Source of the DNA: Octopus vulgaris
Lineage: Eukaryota
Assembly (NCBI GenBank): GCA_951406725.2
Contig: OX597814.1
Location: forward strand, 163,184,001-163,248,000
DNA: 64,000 bases
Direction of reading: 5' to 3'
In this document: piece by piece, positions 1 to 13,607 of the stretch
Numbering within the stretch: the first letter of the stretch is position 1
How the letters are laid out: each line of letters opens with the position of its first letter
Position numbers and translations under genes: made by a program
The notes under the pieces: generated by a model
Seen by the model: the letters and a program-made list of their open reading frames with translations, nothing else
What the model was told of the DNA's origin: nothing
Database searches by the model: none

Positions 1-429
1 ATTCTAATGATTCTGCTAAATGGTTACCTTAAACTTTTCATCTTGCTGTGCAAGTGTAGTTTTACGTAACAACAGCAAAGAGTAACATTTTGAAATTTTA
101 AAACGTCTTTCATTTTATTATCGCATGATTTGTAAGTTGTTTTACAGAATGAGTTAAATGGCTTCTTTCTTTGAAAGCCTTGCTTATTTTAAATTTTTTC
201 GAGACTGTTGCTCACATTCTAACGTAGAAGACTTGTGAAGGGTGCGAAAAATAGCGCAAGTATGTTTAATGTAAACCTGCGTTAAAGAAGTGGTTGAGAT
301 CAGATTTCTGGGTACCGAGTCTCAAAGAAAAGACGACGAAAAACTGTGACCAAAAGCCATGTACTGTTGGGCAGACTTTTATAAGCCGTATCACCATGGG
401 CAAAACAGAAGCTAAAATTTTGTTGACGT

Positions 430-575
430 GTATACATACATACATGATACATACATACCTACATACATACCTACATACATACATACATACATACATACAT
501 ACATACATACATACATACATACATACATGCATGCATGCATACATGCATACATACATACATACATACATACATACA

Positions 576-609
<34 letters not shown>

Positions 610-626
610 CATACATACATACATAC
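430..626. repeat. (ACAT)n microsatellite
   Basis: Seen directly. Confidence 0.98.
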
Positions 627-1018
627 AAATATGGCGTGCCAATCCGATGCCCTCACTTGCTGTGAAGAGGTTGTCTCCCTTGTCAGCACATAGAACTGTG
701 CTTTGTTCGAGGCTGAAGAGTCTTTGACTCTTGTTTCTAGCAATGTTGGTGCTGCCCTGCACCCTTAGTCACTTTTAGTGACGGTTGACTTTTTCCATTT
801 TAGTTTTAAATTGCATCTAGCCCTTAATCATATATATATATGATCAATCAGTCGCCATGATTGATCGTTAGCCACTGCACAATTTTTTCTCTCCTTGTTT
901 TTTCTGTGTCCCTTTCTGTAGAAGAGCGTAGGCTCGAAACGTAAAAGACTTTTTCTATTCCTGAGCGTTTGTTTTGTACACCACCTGTCTTCGTTTTTTG
1001 TTTTTTCGTGAACTCTGC

Positions 1019-1220
<202 letters not shown>

Positions 1221-1682
1221 TGTCTGTGTGGGTGGGAGTGTATGTATGTTGTTTGTGTACAAAACATTATAAATTATGAAAGCAAATTTCCAAATAAAAT
1301 AAAATCAATCTAAATACAGTTCTTGGAGGTTGATATAGCTTAACTTTTATAATTAGACGTAATCTTTCAACTAAAATAGCTGGTGACCTGAATGAAAGAA
1401 TTGCATAATTTTACACAGTTAATAACAGTTCACTTCGATCCACCTGACAGGAAGAATTAAATATTTACTGATCTGATTTCGAATGGCAGTTGCTGGATTA
1501 AAAAGATCAACGACTTTTTAGTTGAACGTAACTCGACCAAAGCTGAAAGGAAATTTCGGAATTGTGATGATGCAGAAGAATGACCGATTTTCATTTCCAT
1601 ATCAAAAGTTTTGCAAGTATATAAGTCGTCTCTTTTATTGAAAAATCTGTAGATTGCTGTTGATTCTTGAGTACTTGTGTCT

Positions 1683-1995
1683 TACTGGTTAGGAATATTT
1701 GGCTCACGATCACAAGATCGCGAGTTCGATACCCGGCGGTGTGTTCTGTTCTTGAGTAAGATACTTTAGTTCACGTTGCTCCACTTCACTCAGCTGGAAA
1801 AAATGAGTAGTACCTGCATTTCAAAGGGCCAGCCTTTTCACATACTGAACTACGCGAATCTACCTGAGAACTACGTTAAGGGTATGCGTGTTTGTGGAGT
1901 ACTCAGACACTTGCACGTTAATTTCAAGAGCAAGCTGTTCCGTTGATTGGATCAACAGAGACCCTCGTCATCGTAACCGACGGAGACGGAGTACC
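1683..1995 (+). mobile_element. SINE family 2 variant (tRNA-like head, TTCTTGAGCAAGACACTTT core)
   Basis: B-box GAGTTCGATACCC followed by the core shared with the copy at 40703. Confidence 0.75.
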
Positions 1996-2077
1996 TGTAG
2001 GCAGTAGTAGGCTTCTATAACAATGCTTTCATTCTTTTGTGTCCATACATAATCTGGGTAGACACCGGTTCAGATAT

Positions 2078-2346
2078 TTTTGAGACCCATTTCGGGCAAG
2101 GTTGTTCATAGAAGACCAGCAGTCACCCATGCATACCGGCCTCACCTCTCCACGCCCCCAGTGTTAACCAAGGGAAAGGCAACGGCCGATACAGCTTAGC
2201 ACCTGTGAAGTCGCAACTCATTTCTACAGCTGAGTGAACTGGAGCAACGCGAAATAAAGTGTCTTACTCAAGAACACAACGCGCAGCCCAGTCCGGGATT
2301 CGAACTCACAACCTCACGAACTCACAACCACTGAGTCATGCGCATT
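2078..2346 (-). mobile_element. SINE family 2
   Basis: 15-bp TSD CACCGGTTCAGATAT at 2063 and 2347. Confidence 0.88.
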
Positions 2347-2629
2347 CACCGGTTCAGATATAAGGTATGCCTAAACATAGTAGGACGAGATTTAACGTCG
2401 AGCATCACAGTTTGACATCAGCAGTTGGGGACAGACAGCAGTGAAGGATATTGATTTACCACTGATACTCCTGGTTCGATTCAGGACATAATATATTGAG
2501 TGTCATTTTCAGCTATCGGTATATGATAGAGCATGTGTGTGCCTCTTCGTGTATATCGTGCATTAGTTACGTTTGCAATGTAACGCACCCTCGTCTTTTT
2601 TACCTTGTCACCATATTAAGTACTAATAA

Positions 2630-2835
2630 GGCGGCGAGCTGGCAGAATCGTTAGCACGTTGGGCAAAATCCCTAACGGCATTCATATTCTGAGTTCAAAT
2701 TCCGCTGGGTTCTACTTTTCCTTTTATATTTTCGCGATCGATAAAATATGTACCAGTTGAACAGTGGGGTCGATTTAATGGACTTAACCCCTCCTCCAAA
2801 ATTGCTGGCCTTGTACCAAAATTTGAAACCACATT
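2630..2835 (+). mobile_element. SINE family 1 (GGCGGCGAGCTGGCAGAA head), short-tail subtype
   Basis: A-box-like TGGCAGAATCGT, B-box GAGTTCAAATTCC and central GTCGATAAAATAAGTACCAG-type domain; more than 20 copies in the window. Confidence 0.85.
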
Positions 2836-3369
2836 AAACACTTATATTTCACTACCCTTCTTGTAATTTGATGTCCATTGAATTGTTATACTTCTTCCTG
2901 AATCTCACTGGTAATCTGGAAGAAAGTGTATTTCGGTGGAAAACACCATTGAATTCCATGCAAAATCTTTCTAGTTCGAGCTGGTTAAGTCACTGTTATG
3001 GGGTTCGTCGTACGCCATGCATGTATAGTGTTTAGTGAATTGGACGTCATCAAATAGGTTTATTCTAAGTTTTACTTGTGCAACGGTAAAACCTGCGATA
3101 ATTATTGCTACAGAATACTGTATTCTGTAATTATTTGATTTGTGCTATGTAATTGATGTATTGCGAATCCAACGCCTGAGAGGATAGGTCGTCGAGTTTT
3201 CAACTGAAAAGCTGTAATTAAAGCGTGTGAAAGCAGTGGATGTAGAAGAGCAATAAGGCTTGTTGGTATTAGATCGAGAGAAGAAAAAAAAGGGAAAGAA
3301 AAGAAAATTGGTTAAACTGTCAGATGTCATGGCATTGAGACAATAGTAGTGAGATGGCAAGAAAGATGC

Positions 3370-3895
3370 GGCGGCGAGCTGGCAGAAACGTTAGAAGGCG
3401 GCGAGCTGGCAGAAACGTTAGAAGGCGGCGAGCTGGCAGAAACGTTAGAAGGCGGCGAGCTGGCAGAAACGTTAGAAGGCGGCGAGCTGGCAGAAACGTT
3501 AGCACGCCGGGCGAAATGCGTAGCCGTATTTCGTCTACCGTTACGTTCTGGGTTCAAATTCCGCCGAAGTCGACTTTGCCTTTCATCCTTTCTGTGTCGA
3601 TTAAATAAGTACCAGTTACACACTGGGGTCGATATAATCGACTTAATCCGTTTGTCTGTCCTTATCTGTCCTCTCTGTGTTTAGCCCCTTTGTGGGTAGT
3701 AAAGAAACAGGTATTTCGTCCGTCTTTACGTGCTGAGTTCAAACTCCGCCGAGGTCGACTTTGCCTTTCATCCTTTCGGGGTCGATTAAATAAGTACCAG
3801 TTACGCACTGGGGTCGATAGAATCGACTTAATCCGTTTGTCTGTCCTTGTTTGTTCCCTCTGTGTGTAGCTCCTTGTGGGCAGTAAAGAAATAAG
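3370..3895 (+). mobile_element. SINE family 1 dimer with 5x tandem 27-bp head
   Basis: Unit GGCGGCGAGCTGGCAGAAACGTTAGAA at 3370, 3397, 3424, 3451 and 3478; a second SINE body begins at GGTATTTCGTC (3710); flanking repeat AAGATGCGGCGG. Confidence 0.92.
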
Positions 3896-3971
3896 ATGCG
3901 GCGGGTGAGCAACGTAATCTACCAAGAAAAATTCATACATTCATACATACATATTTGCACACATACACACA

Positions 3972-4021
<50 letters not shown>

Positions 4022-5374
4022 AAATTTGGAACACAAATGGTAAATGGGTAGTAAATAACATGAGGACATCAATATATAAAAGATATGAGCAGCTTATGAT
4101 TACGAGTGTGCGAGAAAATTGTGATGTGAATAGTACTTTTAAGTGTATGTGCGTGTGTGTATCGTGTGCGCGCGTACATATACACTTATGGTGTCTCTTG
4201 CAATAGATTCTTGTTAGTGTAACTATGAAACAGTTCTATTACCACTTCTGATGTGCCTTTAAACGGTACCGGTAGTTAATCAGAAGTGATGGGGAAAAGT
4301 GACTTTGTTGCTAGAGTAACTGTAACTGTTTGACTACAAAACGCAACTTTACCCTGTTCCCCTGGATTTTCTCTGGTGGTTTTACTACAGGAGCCCCAAT
4401 CTTATCATGTTCAATATTGTCAAATTGTTAGAAAGTAGCTAAACCATAACAGGAAATGCGACAATTGATTAACTGGTGTATACTGATGACGCTCGTCTAT
4501 AAGGCGCACATTTGCCGCAAAGTACATAACACGGAATCTATGGCTACCAGTAACCGTCGGATTTCAAGTGCGTACTGAATTTTTGACATGCAGTTTATTG
4601 ACTAAAATGTTGTACACTGTTTAAAAACGTTTCCAGTTTAGTGCTGTCAGCGTCACCAGCATCGCCCTAATGATGCAAGGGAAGTAGTACATCCGGTAGA
4701 AAAATGTCTGTTTACTCAGACCAAGTGAAAATATTTTATAGCGCAATGCGTGGCGCGGGGGTACATTCTCAGCTGTCCAGGTCGAGCTATGCTGAACCTA
4801 AGCATCTAAGCATTTACGTTACAAGAATAAAAAAAAAAACGGGCTGAAAGGCGTTTAAGGATTTGTTGCATCTGTTTCATGCAAGACACAATGAAAGGGC
4901 AACTGAATGAAGCATGTGTGAGATGAATATTATTACAAAGTAGCAGGAAAACTAAAGAGAAATGTTACAAACATGATTCATTAGATATGGAATGTTAACC
5001 TGCATTAAAAATCCCTGCTATTAGATCTCTGTATACTTGACCCCACAGAAGAGATTTAAAAAAAGACAGAAACAAAAAAAAAGCAGACAAACGGCTATAT
5101 GCTGTATTGCAGACGCTTGCACCTCGCATCAGGATTTTTTTTTTAAATCTGACGTTAAAACATTGATGACATATTCAGTAGGGTGTCATTAATGTAATAT
5201 AAGAAGTTTATAAACTTCAATTAAATGAAATTATTCATGCAGTTAAATAAAGTTTATTTTTTTATGTGTTCAAATCTAGAAAAAGAAGAAACATAAGGGA
5301 GATAACACCAATAAAATCAAATAACTGAAATGCTGACATAAAGATATGTAGATGGAAGTAGGTCATGTCTTTAT

Positions 5375-7085
5375 TATTGACTGGTGAGAAGCTGCTGTTC
5401 TTTAATATGTTGGCCTGGTAGTTCCTTGTAAGTAGGCATTGATCTTGGGTTGCTGTGATAAACCCTTCTATTTTAGATTTTATGTCTTCTATTTCAGATT
5501 TTAAGCCAGAAGCCAGAAGCCAGAAGCCATTGATGGGTTAGGGCTTTGTCAACATCGACATAATTCGCTCTCTTTAGGTATTAACCAGTGAGAGATTTTT
5601 CTTGCCATTTATCAGTCAGAATATCTAAGGCAGCAGTTTTAGCACGGGTTTTCATGCGCTTAGCTTTTCCTGCACTTGTTTCTAGTATGACTAATTCCGG
5701 AATTTATTGTATTTGGAATTCACTTCAATATTCCCATGCCTGATTTGTTATTGAGTATGATGCTTTCTTGTTTTCATGTTTTGAGACAAGTTTTAACATC
5801 CAGTCCTCAGAGTTTTTCAGGTAGGTTTCTAGGCCGATTGTGGCAATCTTCATTGTTAATGCCAGTTGTAAAAATCCACGGCCTCCGTCTTTTCTTGGCA
5901 GATAAAGTCGATCTATATCTGCCTTAGGGTGGTGCATTCTATGCATTGTCAACAGTTTTCTTATTTTTTTGTCAAGATTACACATTTCAGTAATTGATCA
6001 GTTAATGATATTGAAACTGTAAGTCACGACTGGTATGGCTAAAGCATTGATAGCTTCGATCCTGTTTCTTGCATTCAGCTCTGTCTTAAGTATTGCTCTC
6101 ACTCTGCGATAACATTCTCTTCTGATCTTTTTCCTCATCACTGAATGCCTGATTCCGTCCCCTTCAAGTACCCCTAGGTATTTGTAGCTCTCTGCTGGTT
6201 CCAACTCTTTTATGACATTCAACTGGTCAAGGTTAACGTTAAATGTTTCTGTAATTTTTCCTTTGATAAAGGTAGCTTTTGCACATTTATCGAGGCCAAA
6301 TTGCATCCTGATGTCATCACTGAATTGTTTAACAATCGTTAGTAAGCCCTTGAATTGTTGCTCATTTTTTGCAAAGAGCTTTAAATCATCTATATATATG
6401 AGATGATATAGATTTTTATCTAACATTTTATAACCGTACTGTTACCATTGAGCAATTTTGAGAGAGGTATTAAGGCTAGACAAAAGAGGAGTGGTATGCA
6501 TGGGCGACTGCTGGTCTTCCATAAACAACCTTGCCCGGACTTGTGTCTAGGAGGGTAACTTTCTAGGTGCAATCTTATGGTCAGTCATGACCGAAGGGGG
6601 GGTCTTTACCCTTATATGAGATGATATATATTTTTATCTAACATTTTATAACCGTACTGTTACCATTGAGCAATTTTGAGAGAGGTATTAGCAGAGTAGG
6701 AGCTATTTTATACATTTCCAGACATTTCTTAATCCAGCTATGTGGTAGGCAGTCAAATGCTTTTTTATAATCTATCCAGGCTATTGATAAGGTTTTGTGT
6801 CGTTTGTGACAATCTTCTAAGATCATCTTATTGATGAGTAGCTGATCTAACCATAAGATCCATGTTTACATCCTTTTGCTCATTAAGGAATATGTTACTT
6901 TCTATTAAGAAACTATAGGTAAATTTAGTCAGGACAGATGTTAGCGTTTTATACATTGTTGTTAAGCAGGTTATGGGTCGATATTTTTTTGGTTTATTTG
7001 TTTCATCATTTTTGGAATTAGGAATGTTAAACCATTAACTAGCCAAGAGGGCATCATACTAAGATGTTGCAAAATACACAACAGA
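5375..7085 (-). mobile_element. R4/Dong-like RLE non-LTR retrotransposon fragment (RT region), degenerate
   Basis: ORF pieces WIDYKKAFD (6638..6826), HLIYIDDLKLF...FGLDKCA...YKYLG (5998..6426) and HPKADIDRLYLPRKDGGRG (5725..5985). Confidence 0.9.
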
Positions 7086-7089
7086 TTAG

Positions 7090-8669
7090 ACTGTTGGAAC
7101 AGAAAAATTCCTAACATCGGGCTACTAGTAACCCTAGATGCCAAGAGCCACCCTAAGTATCCTAGCTGTCCTTAATAACACTGTTTTCTGGAGCTGTACT
7201 AAACTAGGCTTTATGCCTATTTCCGCTATTCATCTGTCCCAATTTAATATACCTATAACTACTGGAATACATTTTATCTGCACTTTCATAGTCTCTATAA
7301 TTCAATGGCTAGGTCCTGGTACTTTGCTATTTTTTCTATGTCTCTCATATTGATATTTTCATTATTTGAAACTGTAAAGGCAATTATCTGACACTTTCTA
7401 TTCTCTTTGTCTACTACTACTAAATCAGGCCTTTTAGCTTCTAGTTTGAATGTTAAAATACCACAACAGCTTCTATTTCTTACTTTCTAATACTTTTTCT
7501 AGGTTCATGTTCATATCCATTTATCAGTATGATCAAACCCTAGCGTTCTACATAACTCCCATAACCATGTCTCACTACTACTGTTTGCAGTAACTATCTC
7601 TGGAAATCTACCATGCAAAGCCTTCTCCTGCCAGTCAGATAGTTATTTTTTCTGGTTTTTAACTTCGTTTTTTTTTTTCTCTCATGTCTTGCTGTGACTT
7701 TGGCAGCTCTTGATAAACTTTCTTTACTATTACCTACATAGGAGTCTATATCTACTCTAGCTAATTCTACGAAGTCTTCTACTGATATTAACCCTCTTCC
7801 ACCTCCCATTCTAGGTAAGTATAGTCTCGCTACACTTGCTCTTGGCTGGAGGCCTCCATTCATATTGAATTACCTCCTGGGTTTTCTATCTAGCTTTGCT
7901 AATTCAGTTTTTGCCCAATCTACAAAAGCTGCCGGGCATCTAAGTAATGATACTGCCCAAGCATTTACAGCCTTCACTAGATTCGGACCATCTAGCTTTG
8001 ACTTCATTCATTAGCTTCCTTACCCTCATGATCTACTCCTTCTCAATTTTCGGTTTCATTTCTATAGTTAGTATTCTGTCAAATTCTAATACTCCTAGAT
8101 ACTTATAACTCTCTGCTTCTTTTAATGATTTCAATGTTTGACCAGCTGGTAATTGGATGCCTTCATTGTTGATTACCTGTCCCCTTTCCATGACTAATAT
8201 TGCACACTTATCTATGCCAAACTCCATACCTATATCTTTGATGAAGAGTCTTACAGTCTGTATTAAGGAATCTATCTCTTTCATTCTTACTAAAAAGTTT
8301 CAGATCACCCATATAGAGAAAATGGTTAATTTTCCTCTTACTATTTCTGAACTGATACCCTGCTTTGCCTTCCTTAATACTAAACTGACGGGGATCAAAC
8401 ATAAGACAAATATTAAAGGGGATAAACAATCTCCTTGGAAAATTTCTCTCTTGATATTAACCTAAGACTGTGTCACCTGAGTAGAGTTCTACTTTCCATT
8501 TCTTCATGCTGAAGCTAATTCTCTTGCGTTGTTTGCTACACTGAATATACTTAAACATTCACTTATCCATGAGTCTGGGATCGTATCATACTGAATATAC
8601 TCAAACATTCACTTATCCATGGGTGTGGGGCTGAATATACTTAAACACCCACTTATCTATGAGCGTAGG

Positions 8670-8670
<1 letters not shown>
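7090..8670 (-). mobile_element. Second R4/Dong-like lineage, degenerate RT to 3' end
   Basis: INHFLYMGDLKLF, IGMEFGIDKCA, YKYLG and RLYLPRMGGGRGL; frameshifted. It ends in three roughly 45-50 bp tandem copies (8540-8670) next to (CAT)n. Confidence 0.85.
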
Positions 8671-8719
<49 letters not shown>

Positions 8720-8724
8720 TATTA

Positions 8725-9165
8725 AGGTAGAGAGCTGGCAGAATTGTTAGCACGCCGGGAAAAATGCTGAGTTGTATTTCGTCCGTTTTTACGTTCTGAG
8801 TTCAAATTCCACCGAGGTCGGCTTTGCCTTTCTTCCTTTCGGAGTCGATAGAATAATTACCAGTTGAGCTCTGGGATCAATGTAATCGACTTATCCCCTC
8901 CCATGAAATTGCAGGCCTTGTGCCAAAATTTGAAATCGTTATTATTATTAAGGCAACGAGTAGGCAGAATTATTTGCATGACAGACAAAATGCTTAGCGG
9001 CAATTCGTCTATCTTTACGTTCCTAGTTCAAATTCCGCCGGAGTTGACTTTGCCTTTCATCCTTTTGGGTCGATGGAATAAGTACCAGACAAGCACTGGG
9101 CCGATGAAATCGACTTATTCCCTACCCCAAAATTTCGGACCTTGTGCCTATAGTAGAAAGAATTG
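8725..9165 (+). mobile_element. Two tandem SINE family 1 copies
   Basis: Heads at about 8725 and 8950, each following (ATT)n. Confidence 0.85.
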
Positions 9166-9199
9166 TTATTATTACCATTTTTTAAAATATTGAAGCTTC

Positions 9200-10830
9200 T
9201 GACAATGTTACCTCCAGTTGGCATGTCTGAAGCATGACTGAGTCGGTGACGCACATTTCGCCTTTGATTTTTCGAAGATCTTGAAATGAACTCGGACTTC
9301 ATACTTCATGAAAAAACCGCACAAAGAAGCATTCGTGTTGACTAGAGTATGAACTGTATACATTTCAAATTGCACTATCAAAATTTGTCAGGCTGGAATG
9401 CCTTGCTCTTTTTTGTTTCAGAAGGATCATACTGGTACACCTTGGAAAAAGCTGCATGTATTGTGTCTCTTGGATGTTGTGAACTCAGTGCAGTTGTCAG
9501 GGTGAAGTAAACTCGTTGGCCATATTTTAAGAGAACAAGGTGTTGAATGCTGGGACATCTTTCATGATTGGGTAAAGAAAAAACACCAGTAAGCTTTATA
9601 GTTGTCAATGTATTGTCTCGGCTGGAATTGGGTAACTTCATTGTAGTAGATTTTTAAAATTTCAAGCATAGATCCTCTGCTGTTTGTAGACATAGTTATT
9701 CTGTTATTCTTTTATTAGTTTCAGTGGTCATGTCTTTAGAGAAATACAGAGCTTAACATTAATGTGAACATTAAATGTCTGGGTCAGGGGTGAGCAGTAG
9801 GGACCTAACCATCTATTATCCTTTATGTGCTGTCCAATCAAAGTTCAGAAGCCGTGATACTTTGATGTGTTTCATCTACAAGAAAGGCAGTAATTTTCAT
9901 ATGTTTGATTATATTTGACAAAAATGGTTGAAAACCGTTTGATGTGTTTTTTGTCTTCCTTGTTCGGTGAATTCCTGCTGAAAGCTCCTCAGGGATCAGT
10001 AATCATCAGGGTTTTCGCTTCGAATAGAAAACTCTGGCTAAAAGACCATGTCTGTATTTAGCCTGGAAGAACCTCCAATTAAATTTCTTTCAGTTTGGGA
10101 CTGCAGGTAAATGTTTTGGGAAGCCGAAGCCATGAAAATACGCCATAACATCTTAGACTCGTTTAAGGGTTACCAGTAACCAAGCTCTCCTCATGATACA
10201 TCATTATTGATTAAATCCTATAATGTATATAAAATGTTATCGCCAATTCTTTTTAGCGAGTTTTAATTTAGCACAATTTCTCTGATTCCATATTTCAAAA
10301 AAGATGGAAGGATTTGACTTCGGAGCAGTGGCCGAAGGAGTTACCTCAAACAATGAAGTTTTAGACACAGCTGTACGAAAACGAAATAGATTTTAAAGAA
10401 TTTGATCCGGCCTGTAAAATTCTTAGGTGTTGTTCATTTTTTTTGTCACCATTGACATGAAGAAATTATTGCAGAATATCACAGGATCTATGAATCTCAT
10501 ATTCTTGAGTGCTGTTTCGCAATTCTGAATGATGTTTCTTTTGCCACGAAGTTCTCCATTCATAATGGGAGAAGCTTTCTTACACTAAGATGCATTGTAA
10601 TGGCGTGCACGTACTCCAGGACTTTTGTTTTCCCTAATGGCAATTTGAAATTCAACGCATACTTGAAACTTCTGAAATAGCTGCCCTCCATGAACCATCT
10701 CTTTCTATCTCTCCCACTCATTCTCTTTCTTATTCTTTGAGATTTTCTTTTCTCTTTAATATCTCTTTTTTAATGGCATTTCCATATCTTCTTGCACTCG
10801 AATTAAATACTGAGCGCTTGAATTTGCAAA
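9200..10830 (-). mobile_element. Decayed Helitron Rep-domain fragment
   Basis: Minus-strand peptides KDNRWLGPYCSPLTQTFNVHINVKLC (about 9740-9825), FSLPNHERCPSIQHL..YGQRVYFT (ORF 9378..9641), TFTCSPKLKEI (about 10085-10115) and IRENKSPGVRARHYNA (about 10590-10640). These match the Helitron RepHel motifs DNRWVVPY..LSK.FNAHINVE, ENGQRVYFT, ITFTCNP.W.EI and GEH.RRFNAP. Confidence 0.85.
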
Positions 10831-11194
10831 ACCACCTGCGTTTTTGTGTTACCTGACAATACTAATTGCATTTAAAAGTATATTTCTTCCATTTTTCTTG
10901 AACTTACGATCATGTTTGATTATTATATGTGTTGTTAATAAATGGGAAAACTGCGTTTGATCTTACCTGTAATTGAACCAACACCTGTAAAATTTGAGAA
11001 TTTGACTTCTTTCTTAAATTATTTGAAATAAATCTTTAAAAAGAAACGAAAAAGATGAGGGTAAGATGTAATAATATGAGATTTCCAATAAAATAAAAAG
11101 TTATAATGATTAGAGTACAGAGAAGATAAACAAGCGGACAAACTAAGAGTACCAAGAAGGAGGAAAGAAAGCAGAGGGGTGAAAAAAGTGTTGA

Positions 11195-12750
11195 TAATAT
11201 TGGTTTCAAAGATTGGCACAAGGCCATCAATTCTGTGAGCGGGGTTAAGTCTATGTGAAGATTAAATGTCTGGGTCAGGGGTGAACAGTAAGGAACTAAC
11301 CATCGATTATCCTTTTTGTATCGTCCAGTCAAAGTTCAGAAGCCTTGATACTCTAATGTGTTTCTTCTAAAAGAAAGACAGTTAATTTTCATATGTTTGA
11401 CTATATTTGACAAAAATGGCAAAGTTCACCACGGCAGAATTTGAACTCAGAACGTAAGGGCGGGCGAAAAGCTACTGAGCATTTTGCCTGGCGTGCCAAC
11501 AATTCTGCCAGCTCACCACTTTGGTTTCAAATTTTGGCACAAAGTCAGTAATTTAGGTAGAACGGTAAAGTCCATTACATCGACTCCGCTAGTCGATTGC
11601 ATTGATCTCAGTGCTAAACTGGTACTTATTTTATCAACCCCGAAAGGATGAAAGACAAAGTCAATCCCGGCGGCATTTGAACCCAAAACGTAAAGATAGA
11701 CGAAACGCCGGTAGGCATTTTGCCCGGCGTACTAACGATTCTGCCAGCTCGCCGCCTAAATTGTTGATAATATTAGAATAGCAGCTGATGAGTGAGCTGG
11801 CAAAATCATTAACACAAAATGCTTACTGGTATTTCGGGCCAAATGCTTACTGATATTTCGTCCGTCTTCAGGTTATGAGTTCAAATGCCGCTGGGTTAGA
11901 CTTTGCTTTTCATTCTTTCGGGGTTGATAAAATAAGTACCAGTTTAGCACTGAAGTCAATGCAATCGACTAACACCCTTCCCCGAAATTGCAGGCCTTGT
12001 GCCAAAATTTGAAACCAATTTAGAATAGCAGCTGATGGGTGAGCTGGGAGAATCATTAGCATGCAGGGCAAAATAATGAGTGGAATTTCGTCCGTTTTGC
12101 GTCCTAAGTTCAAATCGCGCCGCAGTTGACTTTGCCTTTCATCCTTTCGGAGTCGATAAAATAAGTACTAGCTGAGCACTGGGTCAATGTAATCCGTTTA
12201 GCCCCTCTCCCGAAATTGTTGGCCTTATGCCAAGGTTTGAAACCAATATCAGAATAAAAGAGATGGTTAAAAATAATTATAAGACGACGGAGAAAGATGA
12301 AAATAGAAAGTATGGGACAAAGAGAAGGAAAAATATAACAGAAAGACTAGAAGCAGCAAAGCAAGGCGAAATGCTTAGCGGTATTTCGTCTGCTGTTACA
12401 TTCTAAGTTCAAATTCCGCCGAGGTCGACTTTGCCTTTCATCCTTTCGGGGTCGATAAATTAAGTACCAGTTACGCACTGGGGTCGATGTAATCGATTTA
12501 ATCCGTTTGTCTGTCCTTGTTTGTCCCCTCTTTGTTTATCCCCTTGTGGGTAGTAAAGAAATAGGTATTTCATCTGCCGTTACGTTCTGAGTTCAAATTC
12601 CGCCGAGGTCAACTTTGCCTTTCATCCTTTCTAGGTCGATAAATTAAGTGCCATTTACGCACTGGGGTCGATGTAATCGACTTAATCCCTTTGTCTGTCC
12701 TTGTTTGTCCCCTCTATGTTTAGCTCCTTGTGGACAATAAAGTAATAAGA
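11195..12750. mobile_element. Cluster of about 6 SINE family 1 copies in both orientations
   Basis: Minus-strand copies at 11195-11758, plus-strand copies at 11775-12250 and a dimer at 12362-12750. Confidence 0.85.
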
Positions 12751-13607
12751 AATAAAGCGAGGATAGTAGAATACACAGAGTCAGTATTGTGGAGACAGAA
12801 TAGGATCAAAGAATAGTTAGATATAGAAAACGTTGGAGAGGAGATAGAACTACACACATACAGACTTTCTCAAATATGATGTTTTGTTATACATACTTAA
12901 GTATACACCCAAACATCGACACTCACCCATACACACATGATCGCGTGCGTATATATATTTATATATATGCCATGCAGAATTCAAGTGTAGTCGTATATTG
13001 ACCGTGTTTCCAATTCATTTGTACTTTCTTGTTTTGCCATGACAATCTTCACGTATAAAACTTGCAAGTTCTAATGACTATGAATATCCGTTTAAAATCC
13101 AGTTATGTTGGAATTTTAGCTGCATAAATACACAGATGCATACATATACACAGATATATATACACACACACACACATATGATCTGTTGAAAACATCAAAA
13201 GATATAAAAACAAATTTCCATTTCCGACATAAAAAATAATTATTTTAAGTAGTCATCATGCAGGTTAATATAGCTTAATTTGGGTAATTAGAGATAATCT
13301 TTTCAAGTAAAATAATGACCTGGATGAATGAGTTGCATAGTTTTACACGGTTAACATTTCGCTTCTCACCACCTGACAGTAGGAATTAAGGATTTGCTAA
13401 TTTGATTCGGTTAACAGTCGGTGGATTATTGATATTATGAAATGGTAGTCAATAACCTTTTAGTTGAACAGTAGCCACTATTCTAAGTATAGATGAAATC
13501 CCGAATTTTTTACAGATAGCCTCCAGCTGTGAATATGCAAATAACTAATATATTGATTTTCGCACTGCATTTTCGCAGGTAAATATATATATATATATAT
13601 ATATAAA

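Noticed and set aside
2367-2444. Short paralogous peptides MPKHSRTRFNVE / MTKRNLRRFNID (14131) as possible relics of the lost CRAL-TRIO-N exon
   Set aside because: The resemblance to AR.F.V..A is too short, one copy has an internal stop, and I see no fitting splice sites.
3370-3502. CRISPR-like 27-bp direct repeats
   Set aside because: There are no spacers, the unit is the head of an abundant SINE, and the context is eukaryotic with no cas genes.
4483-4530. Hammerhead-like CTGATGA-CGC...GCG (and CTGATGATGG...CCG at about 32746)
   Set aside because: The essential GAAA box is missing in both, so they cannot be distinguished from chance.
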